Part shown: positions 8,152 through 17,270 of the stretch, in pieces
Position numbering within the stretch: the first letter of the stretch is position 1
How the letters are laid out: each line of letters opens with the position of its first letter
Source of the DNA: a virus
Taxonomy: Duplodnaviria > Caudoviricetes
DNA: 27,488 nt
Reading direction: 5' to 3' (one strand)
Virus record (IMG/VR): IMGVR_UViG_3300008267_000274
Coordinates: 1 to 27,488 of that record
Translations under genes and position numbers: made by a program
Notes under the pieces: model-generated
What the model was told of the DNA's origin: nothing
Seen by the model: the letters and a program-made list of their open reading frames with translations, nothing else
Database searches by the model: none

Positions 8152-10681
8152 TGTTTCCTCCAGAAATCATATTTGAACCCGGGTTAAGTTTTTTACCAGC
8201 GGAAGTAAATATATTTGGGAAAACCCCATCGCTATTTCCCTCAATTCTTAATATCAATTCTACTTGTTGTGGCTTCATAATTCTTTCAAAAAAAGCTTCA
8301 GGAGTCATTGGTTCTTGTGGTTTACTAGAAGCATTTACTACATTTTGGCTTTGAACATTAGGCGAATAAGTCATCATCGAAGTTAAGTCTCCCTTTCCGC
8401 TTCCGGGAATAAGCGTCATATTATTAGGTTTATACTTAAAAATATCGGGTATATTATTTAATGAATTTACCGCTTTATTATTGTTATATTTTTTATCGTA
8501 ATATGCCTTTGAAGCAAGCACTTCTTTTTCGAGAGCATTGTTTTCAGCATAATTTCCATATTCCTCTCCTATTAATTTTCCAGTTTCGTAAGAAAGCATT
8601 CCAAGAAAAGCAGCTTTCCCAATTGGGTTTGCTAAGGCTTTAAGCGCGTTTCCTCCAAAACCAAGGAGTCTAGGAGCTTTTGATAAAAATTTTGTTCCGT
8701 ATCTAGCAATAAGACCCGCACTAATTGATTTTCCTAAAGGCCCAGTAGCTTTATAAGCCAAAGCGGTTGCTTTTGATGTGATTTCACTACCTCTTTCTTC
8801 TCCAGTCTCCTCATTAATTATTTTAATTTTTTCTTTATCAGCTTTTAAGATTTGCGTTATGGTATTTTCGGAAGCTAAAAGTGGGTCAGTAATGACTCTA
8901 TTTAAATAATCTAGTCTATTACCAATTGCCCCCATTGCTCTTGCAACTATTTTTGGAAATCCACCTTTATTAGCTGAGGTGTCAACAAAATATTTATATG
9001 CGTTTTGCAATCTACCGACTTCACCAGTAAAAGTGTGTGATTTTTGCTGTGGCATATTACCCAACATATCTTGAACAATGCTAAGAGTATGAACTAAGTT
9101 TCCGCTTCCAATGACGCCTTTATCAAGTAAGTCGTTTAAACTAATTTTTTTGTTTCTATATTTTGCATACAAACCATATAATTGTGGACTTTTAGTTTGT
9201 AGCGTTGGGTCTTCAACAGTTCTTCTAACCGCTTCTTCAATTACTGGACGAGCAATCGACATTCTTTCCGTCAATTGTTGGTTTAACTCTTGACCATAAA
9301 TTATGTCTCTACCCATCATTTGAGAAACAGCCGTGAATGTTCCCTTAGTCTGCTCGGCATTAAGATTGGTCACCCTTGATAAAGCTGTAAAAGCTTCGGT
9401 AATATTTTTAACATCTTGTTCTTTAAACTTACTTTTTCCACCGGCTCTAGCGGACATCATCTTTATATAATCAGGAGCAACATCAGTAAAATCTACCCCG
9501 TATTTATGGCCTAAATCATATAAAAACCTAATATGTTTTTCTGATTGTCCTTTTAATGTGCCTAAGTTTTTATTTCCTCCAGCAAAAATCATTGCTTCCA
9601 TTGAAGCTCGAATACCTTCCATTTGAATAGGAGTGTTTAAGGTGGCGGTAACCGCACCCTCTACGCCTACCGCTGTTTTATAAGCAGCATATCCACCCAA
9701 TACTTGACCAAATGTTCTGCGACCACCTAAAAACCCTTCTTGCCTATTCATTGCTGGAGGAGTTGGAGGAACTCTTCCGCCACCCATACCCATTGATGCA
9801 AAAACATTAGCATTGGTTGTTCTTCCAGCAGATGCTACACCAATAATTTTTCCGCTACTATCAGCAACATAATTAATCGGTGTTACTTTAGCTTTTTGAT
9901 AAGACTCTGTAACTTTTTGATTATACTTAACTCTTTCTTGTTGAGATTTGTATTCTTGTTTAGCAGCTCGCTCTCTTTCTTTTGTGGCTTTTATTTCTTC
10001 CTTAGCCATTCTTATTGTATTTTTTTCCGCTTCCCTCTGTTGAGATTTTAATTCTTTAGTAAAATTATTTTTTAAAATTTGTTCGTAATTATCCTTATAC
10101 CCAGGAATATAATTTCCGCCAATTTTTGTTTGCTCAAATATTGATGTTGGCATTGTGGAGTAACCCTTAGTTTTTACAATGCCAATTGCTTTACCCATTG
10201 GATTTGCAATGTAAGATATTGGGGTTACTCTTTGGTCAATCTCTTTTCCTTGTTTTTTTATATTCTGAACGAACTCTTTTTCTTGTTTTTTTATATCCTT
10301 AACAATCTCTTGATTTAATTTTTCTTTAAATTTAATGGTCTCTAAATTATACCTTGCTCTATCGGCACTATATTTTTTTAAATCAGCTTTATATTTTAAA
10401 AGAGATAAATCATTTAAATCACTTTTTTCTTTTATATTGGACAGGTTCTCTTTTGTATAAACAAGCTTACTTTGAGAAGCGGCTAATCTTTTAGCCTGAG
10501 CCTCTCTTTCTACAAGAATTTTTTGACTTACAGAAGCTTTGTTTAGCGAAGATGCAATGCCATCAATTGCTTTAGCTGTCTTCTCAGATTGTTTTTCTAA
10601 AGATTTCAGGTGAGATTGAGTCTTGTCTATTTTAGAGGTAGCTTGGTCAAGTAAATCTATTGTAAATTTAATCCCGCTCAT
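8141..10681 (-). CDS. Tail tape measure protein
   Basis: 846 aa, helical, starts IKFTIDLLDQAT. Tape-measure domain AVSQMMGRDIIYGQELNQQLTERM. Follows the chaperone genes. Confidence 0.9.
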   Translation of the reverse strand: MSGIKFTIDLLDQATSKIDKTQSHLKSLEKQSEKTAKAIDGIASSLNKASVSQKILVEREAQAKRLAASQSKLVYTKENLSNIKEKSDLNDLSLLKYKADLKKYSADRARYNLETIKFKEKLNQEIVKDIKKQEKEFVQNIKKQGKEIDQRVTPISYIANPMGKAIGIVKTKGYSTMPTSIFEQTKIGGNYIPGYKDNYEQILKNNFTKELKSQQREAEKNTIRMAKEEIKATKERERAAKQEYKSQQERVKYNQKVTESYQKAKVTPINYVADSSGKIIGVASAGRTTNANVFASMGMGGGRVPPTPPAMNRQEGFLGGRRTFGQVLGGYAAYKTAVGVEGAVTATLNTPIQMEGIRASMEAMIFAGGNKNLGTLKGQSEKHIRFLYDLGHKYGVDFTDVAPDYIKMMSARAGGKSKFKEQDVKNITEAFTALSRVTNLNAEQTKGTFTAVSQMMGRDIIYGQELNQQLTERMSIARPVIEEAVRRTVEDPTLQTKSPQLYGLYAKYRNKKISLNDLLDKGVIGSGNLVHTLSIVQDMLGNMPQQKSHTFTGEVGRLQNAYKYFVDTSANKGGFPKIVARAMGAIGNRLDYLNRVITDPLLASENTITQILKADKEKIKIINEETGEERGSEITSKATALAYKATGPLGKSISAGLIARYGTKFLSKAPRLLGFGGNALKALANPIGKAAFLGMLSYETGKLIGEEYGNYAENNALEKEVLASKAYYDKKYNNNKAVNSLNNIPDIFKYKPNNMTLIPGSGKGDLTSMMTYSPNVQSQNVVNASSKPQEPMTPEAFFERIMKPQQVELILRIEGNSDGVFPNIFTSAGKKLNPGSNMISGGNSAN

Positions 10682-10684
10682 GTT

Positions 10685-10957
10685 TTACCTATTAAGTTTT
10701 GCTTTTTGAGCTTCTTGTTCTCTTATTGCGTTCTCTGACTGCACTAATTCATTATTTATAGAAATCCAATTAAAGAACTCTTGCAACGACCAATTCATAA
10801 CATCTTGATAGGTAAAAATACCAGCATTTTGTTTTAAAAACCAAAGCATTGCTTTATTAATCCCCTTAATGTTAAAATTAAATTTTTTTGTTTCCGTATC
10901 CCACGAACTTAAAACTACTGAATCTTGATTTTCAATTCTAAGTTCGTTTCTCCTAAA
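10685..10957 (-). CDS. -1 frame extension of the tail assembly chaperone (lambda G-T / P2 E+E'-like), absent from the ORF track
   Basis: The -1 frame is open from the slippery site to TAA at 10687-10685, 4 nt from the tape measure ATG. It encodes ...AMLWFLKQNAGIFTYQDVMNWSLQEFFNWISINNEL... The fusion would be about 200 aa. Confidence 0.82.
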   Translation of the reverse strand, partial: FRRNELRIENQDSVVLSSWDTETKKFNFNIKGINKAMLWFLKQNAGIFTYQDVMNWSLQEFFNWISINNELVQSENAIREQEAQKAKLNR

Positions 10958-11286
10958 AAATTTTCAAAATATATCCTCAGTAGTTTAGAAGCTATTAACG
11001 AAGGGACATTGTCAAAAGTAATTCTTGGATTTGCTCCAACAGGTTGGGTTGGAGTAATATATCCCTTTAATGCTAAAAAATCTAAAGCAGCTAAATCAGA
11101 AATTTCAATTTTGTTGTTAAACTCTTTTGCATCTCTTATTTTTAATACCAACAATTGTAATTCTTTTGTTTTTTCTAAAGTTTGAGAATTTTCACAAGTG
11201 TAAGACCATTCAAAAGGAGTTTCATTACCTTTGCTGTCTTTAATGTTAAATTCTTCTATAATTATAGAAGTGGTAAAAGTTGTCAT
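10915..11286 (-). CDS. Tail assembly chaperone
   Basis: Lies between tube and tape measure and carries a slippery heptamer near its 3' end. Confidence 0.8.
   Translation of the reverse strand: MTTFTTSIIIEEFNIKDSKGNETPFEWSYTCENSQTLEKTKELQLLVLKIRDAKEFNNKIEISDLAALDFLALKGYITPTQPVGANPRITFDNVPSLIASKLLRIYFENFLGETNLELKIKIQ
10954..10960 (-). promoter_or_regulatory. -1 ribosomal frameshift slippery site T TTT TTA
   Basis: In-frame AAT TTT TTA GGA gives a correctly phased X XXY YYZ heptamer. Confidence 0.82.
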
Positions 11287-11303
11287 AAATTTATATTAAA
11301 AGT

Positions 11304-11702
11304 TTATAATTTAATTGCTGTTTGACCTTGGAAAGAAAAAGCAACACTACTATCAGGAGAGCTTCCAGAAGAAAGATCATTCATTAATGTCATATTTCTA
11401 AAAATAAAACCACCAGAACCATTTTCAGGTAAAAGAGTGATTTCAGTATCTTCTTTAGATTTAAGATCATAAAACAAATTAATGGGATTTACTTTTCCTT
11501 CGTCAGCGTTAATTCTAATTGAAAAATCAACAGTTGACCTAGCATTCGTAAAATCAGGTATAGTGGTGGTTTTAGTAGAAGAACCATTAACCAATACATT
11601 AGTAGTCTTTTCTGGCAAACCAAGTTTGTAAGTTAAGGAATTTGCATCAATATAGGTTTCTACGCCGTCTATTTTTAATTTTCCAATAAAAGGTATTGTC
11701 AT
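11304..11702 (-). CDS. Tail tube protein (Mu gpM-like)
   Basis: 132 aa beta-rich protein (GKLKIDG...YKLG...FSFQG) directly downstream of the sheath. Confidence 0.8.
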   Translation of the reverse strand: MTIPFIGKLKIDGVETYIDANSLTYKLGLPEKTTNVLVNGSSTKTTTIPDFTNARSTVDFSIRINADEGKVNPINLFYDLKSKEDTEITLLPENGSGGFIFRNMTLMNDLSSGSSPDSSVAFSFQGQTAIKL

Positions 11703-11706
11703 ATAA

Positions 11707-13239
11707 TTAAGAGTTTGCTGTTAAGTTGAATGAAATTTTTTCAAGTTGTCCCATATTATAATAAGAAGCAGAACCACTCATGCTATTAGTAGCTGTGTTT
11801 ATGTTTATAATAAGGCTTTTTTGAAAAGCTTCTTGAAGTGGGCCATTCTCATCGAATTGAACAATACCCTCTTCTGACATTGTTTTAAATATTGATATAA
11901 GCAAAGCTTTTGCAGACTGAACATCGACATAAATTACATCTGATACTGCAGATGGAATTTTACCACTAGTCAATACGGCTTGTGCATATCTTTTTTTCCA
12001 CTCTTTATAAACATATTCTTTTACAATAGCTGAATTTAAAAACTTATTTAAATTCATGTAAGTTTGACCGTCGTCAGTAATGCTAGCTTTTTTATAAACT
12101 GTCATGTATCTTGGTCTAGTTATGACATTTATATTAGACTCGTCCATTACCGCAACAGAACCACCTAATTCTTCGATAGCTTTGATTTCTTCATCTAGCC
12201 AGCTTATTCCTTGTGGAATTTTATACATGTTAGGAACTTTAACTCCATGGAAAGGAACAGCAACTTTATTAATTCCACCAGAAGCAACTGGAAATTGCAT
12301 AAAGCTTGCAATTGGTGCATCAGGAACTAATCTCAATGAATCTGTAGCTAGCAATTTTGCAGAAAAAACCAAAGGAATTTCTAATGTTGACGAACCTTTA
12401 ATATTTGATTCATTGGCAGTTTTGAAAAATACTGCGTTTACAACTTTTGAATTTAAGCTTCCTAAAGTAGTTTGAGCGTTAGCATAACTATCTACTTGAG
12501 AAACTGTGCAGTAAGATTCATAAGTTTGGTTTAGTGTGTTAAATTTAGCTTCTAAATGAGTTTTAACTTCCGATAAGAAACATTTTTGAGTTGCTATATC
12601 GTATCTAGCATTTTTAATTTTATTCAAAACATTTGTAATAACTGGGTCAGTAGCACCGCTAGAAAAAGCAGTAATAGCAACCGAAACATTAATTGGTAAA
12701 CTTTCTACATAAATAGCATACTGATTCGCTTCTGTTCCTTTATTTTTTGCTGTAAAGGTAACAGTTCCGCTAGAATTTGAAGCTCCAACAACAGCGTTTT
12801 CATCGGCATTAACTAAAGCGGCTAAAGAATCACCAATAGTAGTAGCGGTTGAAGTTGTCAAAACATCAATCTCGTATTTATTTTTAACACCTGAGCCAAT
12901 GATAAATACAGCTTTACCATTCTTAGGGCTTGATGCGGTAATGGCAACTGAACCTGTTGCGGCCACACCAGAAGCATTATCTGCAACGATAATAGCACTC
13001 AAAGGAGATTCTTTGTTAATCTCTTTAAACTCTTTAATAGCTAAATAAGCTAGAGAATTTGCTCCACAAAGGGCTTTTAATTCATCAATAGAACTTGGAA
13101 CATTTTCAATTAAATTACCCGAAGTAAAACTTCCACTAGAAGTTCCTTGAGCAAGGATTAGTTGCTTTCTCAAACCTAAACCAGATTGAGCTTGACCAGC
13201 AATTAATTGAATATTAATATCGGGTGAACTTTGAGACAT
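11707..13239 (-). CDS. Tail sheath protein (Mu gpL-like)
   Basis: LCGANSLA, AATGSVAIT, GTVTFTAKNKGTEAN, FSSGATDP and C-terminal MTVYK...YMNL. Size and position fit. Confidence 0.9.
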   Translation of the reverse strand: MSQSSPDINIQLIAGQAQSGLGLRKQLILAQGTSSGSFTSGNLIENVPSSIDELKALCGANSLAYLAIKEFKEINKESPLSAIIVADNASGVAATGSVAITASSPKNGKAVFIIGSGVKNKYEIDVLTTSTATTIGDSLAALVNADENAVVGASNSSGTVTFTAKNKGTEANQYAIYVESLPINVSVAITAFSSGATDPVITNVLNKIKNARYDIATQKCFLSEVKTHLEAKFNTLNQTYESYCTVSQVDSYANAQTTLGSLNSKVVNAVFFKTANESNIKGSSTLEIPLVFSAKLLATDSLRLVPDAPIASFMQFPVASGGINKVAVPFHGVKVPNMYKIPQGISWLDEEIKAIEELGGSVAVMDESNINVITRPRYMTVYKKASITDDGQTYMNLNKFLNSAIVKEYVYKEWKKRYAQAVLTSGKIPSAVSDVIYVDVQSAKALLISIFKTMSEEGIVQFDENGPLQEAFQKSLIININTATNSMSGSASYYNMGQLEKISFNLTANS

Positions 13240-13242
13240 AAA

Positions 13243-13431
13243 CTATTTTGTTTTTTGTTTTTTGTTGAAATCTAATGTAAAATGACCATTGTTAAATTTT
13301 AATTGCTCATACCAAAAACCATCTATTGGAGTTCCTTCGCTATCGACATCAATTTCGATTTTATCATTAACATGATATTGTTCATTTTGACTACGATAAA
13401 ACTCTATTAAAAAAGTTAATGTTGCTTTCAT
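13243..13431 (-). CDS. Small pre-sheath protein, DUF2635/Mu gp38-like
   Basis: 62 aa with DGFWYEQL (compare YWxRRL), immediately upstream of the sheath. Confidence 0.55.
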   Translation of the reverse strand: MKATLTFLIEFYRSQNEQYHVNDKIEIDVDSEGTPIDGFWYEQLKFNNGHFTLDFNKKQKTK

Positions 13432-13465
13432 ATTTAAAATTTAATTGTTGTATTTTATATTTTTC

Positions 13466-13493
13466 ATAATACGATTTTTTTGAAAATTGTCAA
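13466..13493 (-). promoter_or_regulatory. Sigma70-like promoter for the tail operon, TTGACA-N16-TATTAT
   Basis: Minus strand reads TTGACA ATTTTCAAAAAAATCG TATTAT, about 35 nt upstream of the 13431 start. Confidence 0.65.
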
Positions 13494-13504
13494 CACTTTA
13501 CAGC

Positions 13505-13527
13505 CTAAAAGTCTTATTTATGGATAT
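13505..13527 (+). repeat. 23-nt element CTAAAAGTCTTATTTATGGATAT, copy 1, spanning the terL start
   Basis: Identical to 20856-20878. Both copies are preceded by TTGTCAA-N11. Confidence 0.93.
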
Positions 13528-14998
13528 TAGCCAAAGAAAAATTGAAAGCATATTAGAAAGCACAAAGAACACAATATATAGGGAGAATTTTTATGAGTTC
13601 TTCGCTAATATAGCTTTTAAAGCAATCTTTCCAAATAAAGAATTAAAGCCATCTAAATCTACAAAGATTTTGTGTAAAATAGGTGAATTATCATCTAAGA
13701 GAAAAGAAGGTTATAGAAAAGTAATTGTAAATATCCCACCCGGCTTAATGAAGTCAACAATAATTTCTGCTGCATTACCAGCTTGGCATTTAGGAAGACA
13801 GCAAAGCGAAAGAATATTTGGTGTTTCAAATAAAGATAAATTGGTGACGAGAAATGTGGGCTGGACAAAGCTTATAATGGAAACTGATAAATACAAAAAA
13901 GTTTTCTCTGATTTAGCTATCGTAAAAGATACAGAAAGCCATATTAAAACTTCTCTAGGTGGTGAGAGACAAGGTTTTGGAACGCTATCAAAAGTAACTG
14001 GTGAAAGATGCGATATGTTGTTGCCAGATGACTTTATCTCCTCGGACATGATATTTAGAAGCGAAGGGACAACTGCGTTGAAAGCTTGGGACGAAAGTTT
14101 TTATAGTAGGGTCGATAAATTGGTTGGTATAATTCTGATAATAGAACAAAGGCTTGGTATAAATGATTTAACTGGATATTTATCTAGGACTAGACCGGGC
14201 GAATATAAGATTATTTCTTTGCCTGCAATATTTGAAGAAAGAACTGTTATAGTGCTTGACGACGAAGAGTATGTTTTTGAAGCTGGAGAATTGCTATCGC
14301 CTGATTATTTGCCATTGCACGAATTAGAAAGCTTAAGAAATAGAGTTGTTGACGAGGAAACTGGCATTGCGAATGGAAAGCAAGTATTTTTTGCTCAATA
14401 TATGCAAAATCCAGTAGCTGACGGAGGCAATATGGTTGATATTAATTGGTTTCAGCCGTTTAATATTTCCGATTCATCTTCAATGAAATTTGAAAGAGTT
14501 GTTGTATCTGTCGATTCCGCTCAAAAACCTAATGAAGTCAATGACCCAAGTGCTTTTTTAAAGTTTGGTATGATAGGAAAATCAAAATATTTAATTGACC
14601 AATATTGTGAAAGAAAAGTGTATCCAGAAACAAAGCAAGCTTTAATTGCATTTTGCAATAATGGTCATAGAGCCACAGACTTGATAATAGAAGATGCTAA
14701 CACTGGCTCAAGTTTAATACAAGAGCTTCCTAATGAACAAAAATTATATGGAATCTCTATAACCCCCATTTCTCATGGAGGAATAAAGAAAGAAATAAGA
14801 TTTTCTACCGCAACTGGTGCAATGTCTAGTGGAACTTACTTTTTTCCTAAAGATGCAACTTGGTATGCAAGCTTTGAAAGCGAATTAATGCAATTTCCAA
14901 AGGGTCGTCATGATGACCGATGCGACTGCCTTAGTCAATTTGCACATTGGGAAGTCGCTCAATCAACTAGATTTGATTTTTGGTGCACATCAGTTTAA
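13520..14998 (+). CDS. terL: Terminase large subunit (Terminase_6-like ATPase plus nuclease)
   Basis: Walker A-like NIPPGLMKS, TGERCDMLLPDD (Walker B), IEQRL, FAQYMQNP, and nuclease motifs VSVDSA, NDPSA, IIEDANTGSSLIQEL, FPKGRHDDRCD. ATG 13520 preferred over TTG 13487, which lies in the divergent promoter. Confidence 0.93.
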   Translation: MDISQRKIESILESTKNTIYRENFYEFFANIAFKAIFPNKELKPSKSTKILCKIGELSSKRKEGYRKVIVNIPPGLMKSTIISAALPAWHLGRQQSERIFGVSNKDKLVTRNVGWTKLIMETDKYKKVFSDLAIVKDTESHIKTSLGGERQGFGTLSKVTGERCDMLLPDDFISSDMIFRSEGTTALKAWDESFYSRVDKLVGIILIIEQRLGINDLTGYLSRTRPGEYKIISLPAIFEERTVIVLDDEEYVFEAGELLSPDYLPLHELESLRNRVVDEETGIANGKQVFFAQYMQNPVADGGNMVDINWFQPFNISDSSSMKFERVVVSVDSAQKPNEVNDPSAFLKFGMIGKSKYLIDQYCERKVYPETKQALIAFCNNGHRATDLIIEDANTGSSLIQELPNEQKLYGISITPISHGGIKKEIRFSTATGAMSSGTYFFPKDATWYASFESELMQFPKGRHDDRCDCLSQFAHWEVAQSTRFDFWCTSV

Positions 14999-16308
14999 TT
15001 AACTATACCTATAGAAGATATGATGTTGTCATTATTAGCGTCCTTTAAATCAAAGCTAATATTAGCTAAAGCGGTAGTATCATATTCTTTTATTTCTTGG
15101 TCTTTTGTAAATTCAATAAATGTTTCAAATATAAAACTATGCGAATAAAAAGTTTTCTCGGATTCTTTGGTTTGGTCAACAACAGGAGTAAGTTTTTGAT
15201 ATACAACATTATTGCTAAATGGCGATTCAGGTATAAATCCAGCTATTGTCTGACAAATTGGTTTAATGTATTGCGATACCTTATCCTTCTCATCAGCTAA
15301 TCCGATTGAAGAAGCTTTTTCTCCTAAATTTATCATTACGCACAATTCTAAACCCTGTATAATTTTAGCAGAAATTCCACTGCCTAATAAATTCTCTACA
15401 TTAACATCTGTTTTACCATTAGGGTCTTTGCCAGTAGTCCTTGGAAGAGTATAAACAAATAACCAAGACTTAGTTTGATTTGTAGCATCAACTCCGTTTG
15501 TAAATATCTCTTTTGCTCTTTCGTAATCAGCAGTTCCAATAACTCTTAATCTACTTTTTATTATTCCGATTGGAGAGCTTTGTAAATATGGTAAACCAAT
15601 TGCATCATTTACTACGCAGGTAATTGTATTGTGGGTATGCGATGATACAATTTTATAACCATTATATCCAAAATTTCTTTTTTCCAAGAATTTAATGCTT
15701 CCAGTAGGCGAGCTAACGGCAGTTGGGTCAATAACATAAAAGAAAATATGAGTAGATGGCGATAATGATATTTTAGTTAAAACGCTATCGTTAGCTAAAC
15801 CGATAAAATTGTCGATTATAAATGTTTTTGAATTAACGATAGATTTAACGGACAATAAGCTTCCATTTATATTTATTTTGTAATTAGCATTTACTATAAA
15901 AGGGTTGTCTTCTACTGTTGTGATGGTCGCCGTATCGTCATTATTAATAACTTTAGATTGAACATTAAAATATAAAATATCTCTACTTATATTTTTTACT
16001 CCATTGTATTTGGCATCGCTTGCACCAACCATTTCTACCGTGTTAGCGGTTTTAATAATGTTGTGGTCATTAGTTGATAACGCAACTGCAATGCTTCCGT
16101 ATTTTTTTAAAGAAGTTATTTCATAATAATTTTTAACATCACAAACTAAAAAAGTATTGCCATTTTCTATATGATGAGTTCCGTCAGTAGTGTAAGTGAT
16201 ATTTGTTCCACTAATCGATATATTTGTAATATTTATATTATCAGAAAAATCATTAGAGTATTTAGGTAAAACTGCTTTGATTTGATGGACTATTTGACTT
16301 GTTTGCAT
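14995..16308 (-). CDS. Tail terminator/completion protein (Mu gp37-like) with a roughly 230-aa insertion
   Basis: N-terminal helix IVHQIKAVLPKY continues at residue 253 with RVIGTADY...WLFV...LELCVMI...IAGFIP...YSHSFIF, the pattern of Mu gp37-like terminators. Last neck gene before the tail. Confidence 0.7.
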   Translation of the reverse strand: MQTSQIVHQIKAVLPKYSNDFSDNINITNISISGTNITYTTDGTHHIENGNTFLVCDVKNYYEITSLKKYGSIAVALSTNDHNIIKTANTVEMVGASDAKYNGVKNISRDILYFNVQSKVINNDDTATITTVEDNPFIVNANYKININGSLLSVKSIVNSKTFIIDNFIGLANDSVLTKISLSPSTHIFFYVIDPTAVSSPTGSIKFLEKRNFGYNGYKIVSSHTHNTITCVVNDAIGLPYLQSSPIGIIKSRLRVIGTADYERAKEIFTNGVDATNQTKSWLFVYTLPRTTGKDPNGKTDVNVENLLGSGISAKIIQGLELCVMINLGEKASSIGLADEKDKVSQYIKPICQTIAGFIPESPFSNNVVYQKLTPVVDQTKESEKTFYSHSFIFETFIEFTKDQEIKEYDTTALANISFDLKDANNDNIISSIGIVN

Positions 16309-16862
16309 TATAACCCCTTTAAATTATTGTTTATAGCAAGTTGTATTTTATTTGCTATTCTAGCTTTATTTTCGGCAAGTGGTCGCCTGATATTGTTTCT
16401 TGGGGCGACATTTGCACCTCCAAATTCTTGAATAGCGGCGTGTGGTGCAGTAGCTCCTATAATTTGTTGATTACTTCCACTGCTTTTAGTATAAACACTT
16501 TTACTTAATTCTCCAGTTAAAACTGCAGAACTTTCTAAACCGCTTGCATTTGACGCTTTGTGCATATAAGAACTTCCCGCAGGTATTTTTAGCCCTTCTG
16601 GAGCTGGATAAGTCATTGTTTTATCTCCTCCAACGCTTCCAGTGTTTAATCTACTTCTTTGTCTAGTTTTACTAGCTCTTGATTTGTAAAAAATATATGT
16701 ATTACCTGTTTTAGGAAGAGTCATTTGTCTTCTAATTTCTTGAACCATGTAAGTTCCAGCATTTCTTAATCCTTGAGAAGAGCCTTTTTTTATAGCCTCT
16801 TTAACTTTTGCGATATTCTCTGAGGTTAAGTTTATTTTTTTTAAATCAATATTTATGTTCAC
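16308..16862 (-). CDS. HK97 gp10-like neck/virion morphogenesis protein
   Basis: HKASNASG, AVLTGELSKS, PHAAIQEFG and APR..IRRP. Basic protein in the expected position. Confidence 0.78.
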   Translation of the reverse strand: MNINIDLKKINLTSENIAKVKEAIKKGSSQGLRNAGTYMVQEIRRQMTLPKTGNTYIFYKSRASKTRQRSRLNTGSVGGDKTMTYPAPEGLKIPAGSSYMHKASNASGLESSAVLTGELSKSVYTKSSGSNQQIIGATAPHAAIQEFGGANVAPRNNIRRPLAENKARIANKIQLAINNNLKGL

Positions 16863-17266
16863 AAAATATTTAAATTAATATTTGATAAACCAGCATGATT
16901 ACATTTAAACATTGAAAACATTCCTTCGTTATGAAGATTTGGCAAAACCTCTAATATTCTGTAGGCTTCTCCACTGCTGATAATAATGTTTTCAACTTTA
17001 ATTTTTATAGCGGGGTCTCTTCTAATGTAAAAGTGAGTAGTAACCTTACCAAGTAAGTTTTGACCATTAAAAACATCTTCACCATTTACATCAATTTGCA
17101 TAGCCCAAGCATTAGGCACTAAAATATCTTGATCCAACAAAACATCTTGCGAGGTTGTATTGTTTGCTTTTTTAATTCTTGTAATTATTGATATTGGTGT
17201 GTTTAGGTCGCCTATCTGAACATTTCTTTTAGGCTTAATGATAAACTTGCAAGCATTATTGTCCAT
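16859..17266 (-). CDS. Head closure / head-tail adaptor (SPP1 gp16/HK97 gp7-like)
   Basis: IGDLNTPISI, WA, THFYIRR and YRILEV. Follows the gp6-like gene. Confidence 0.78.
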   Translation of the reverse strand: MDNNACKFIIKPKRNVQIGDLNTPISIITRIKKANNTTSQDVLLDQDILVPNAWAMQIDVNGEDVFNGQNLLGKVTTHFYIRRDPAIKIKVENIIISSGEAYRILEVLPNLHNEGMFSMFKCNHAGLSNINLNIL

Positions 17267-17270
17267 AATA

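Noticed and set aside
1568-12475. Plus-strand ORFs 1568, 7367, 8145, 8461, 9111, 10925 and 12104
   Set aside because: Antisense shadows of well-supported structural genes, with no motifs.
3221-13239. Stand-alone tailocin or contractile injection system
   Set aside because: Intact capsid, portal, protease and terminase genes are present.
13520-14998. terL as an invertible segment
   Set aside because: No inverted repeats seen at its ends. The shared 23-mers are direct repeats.
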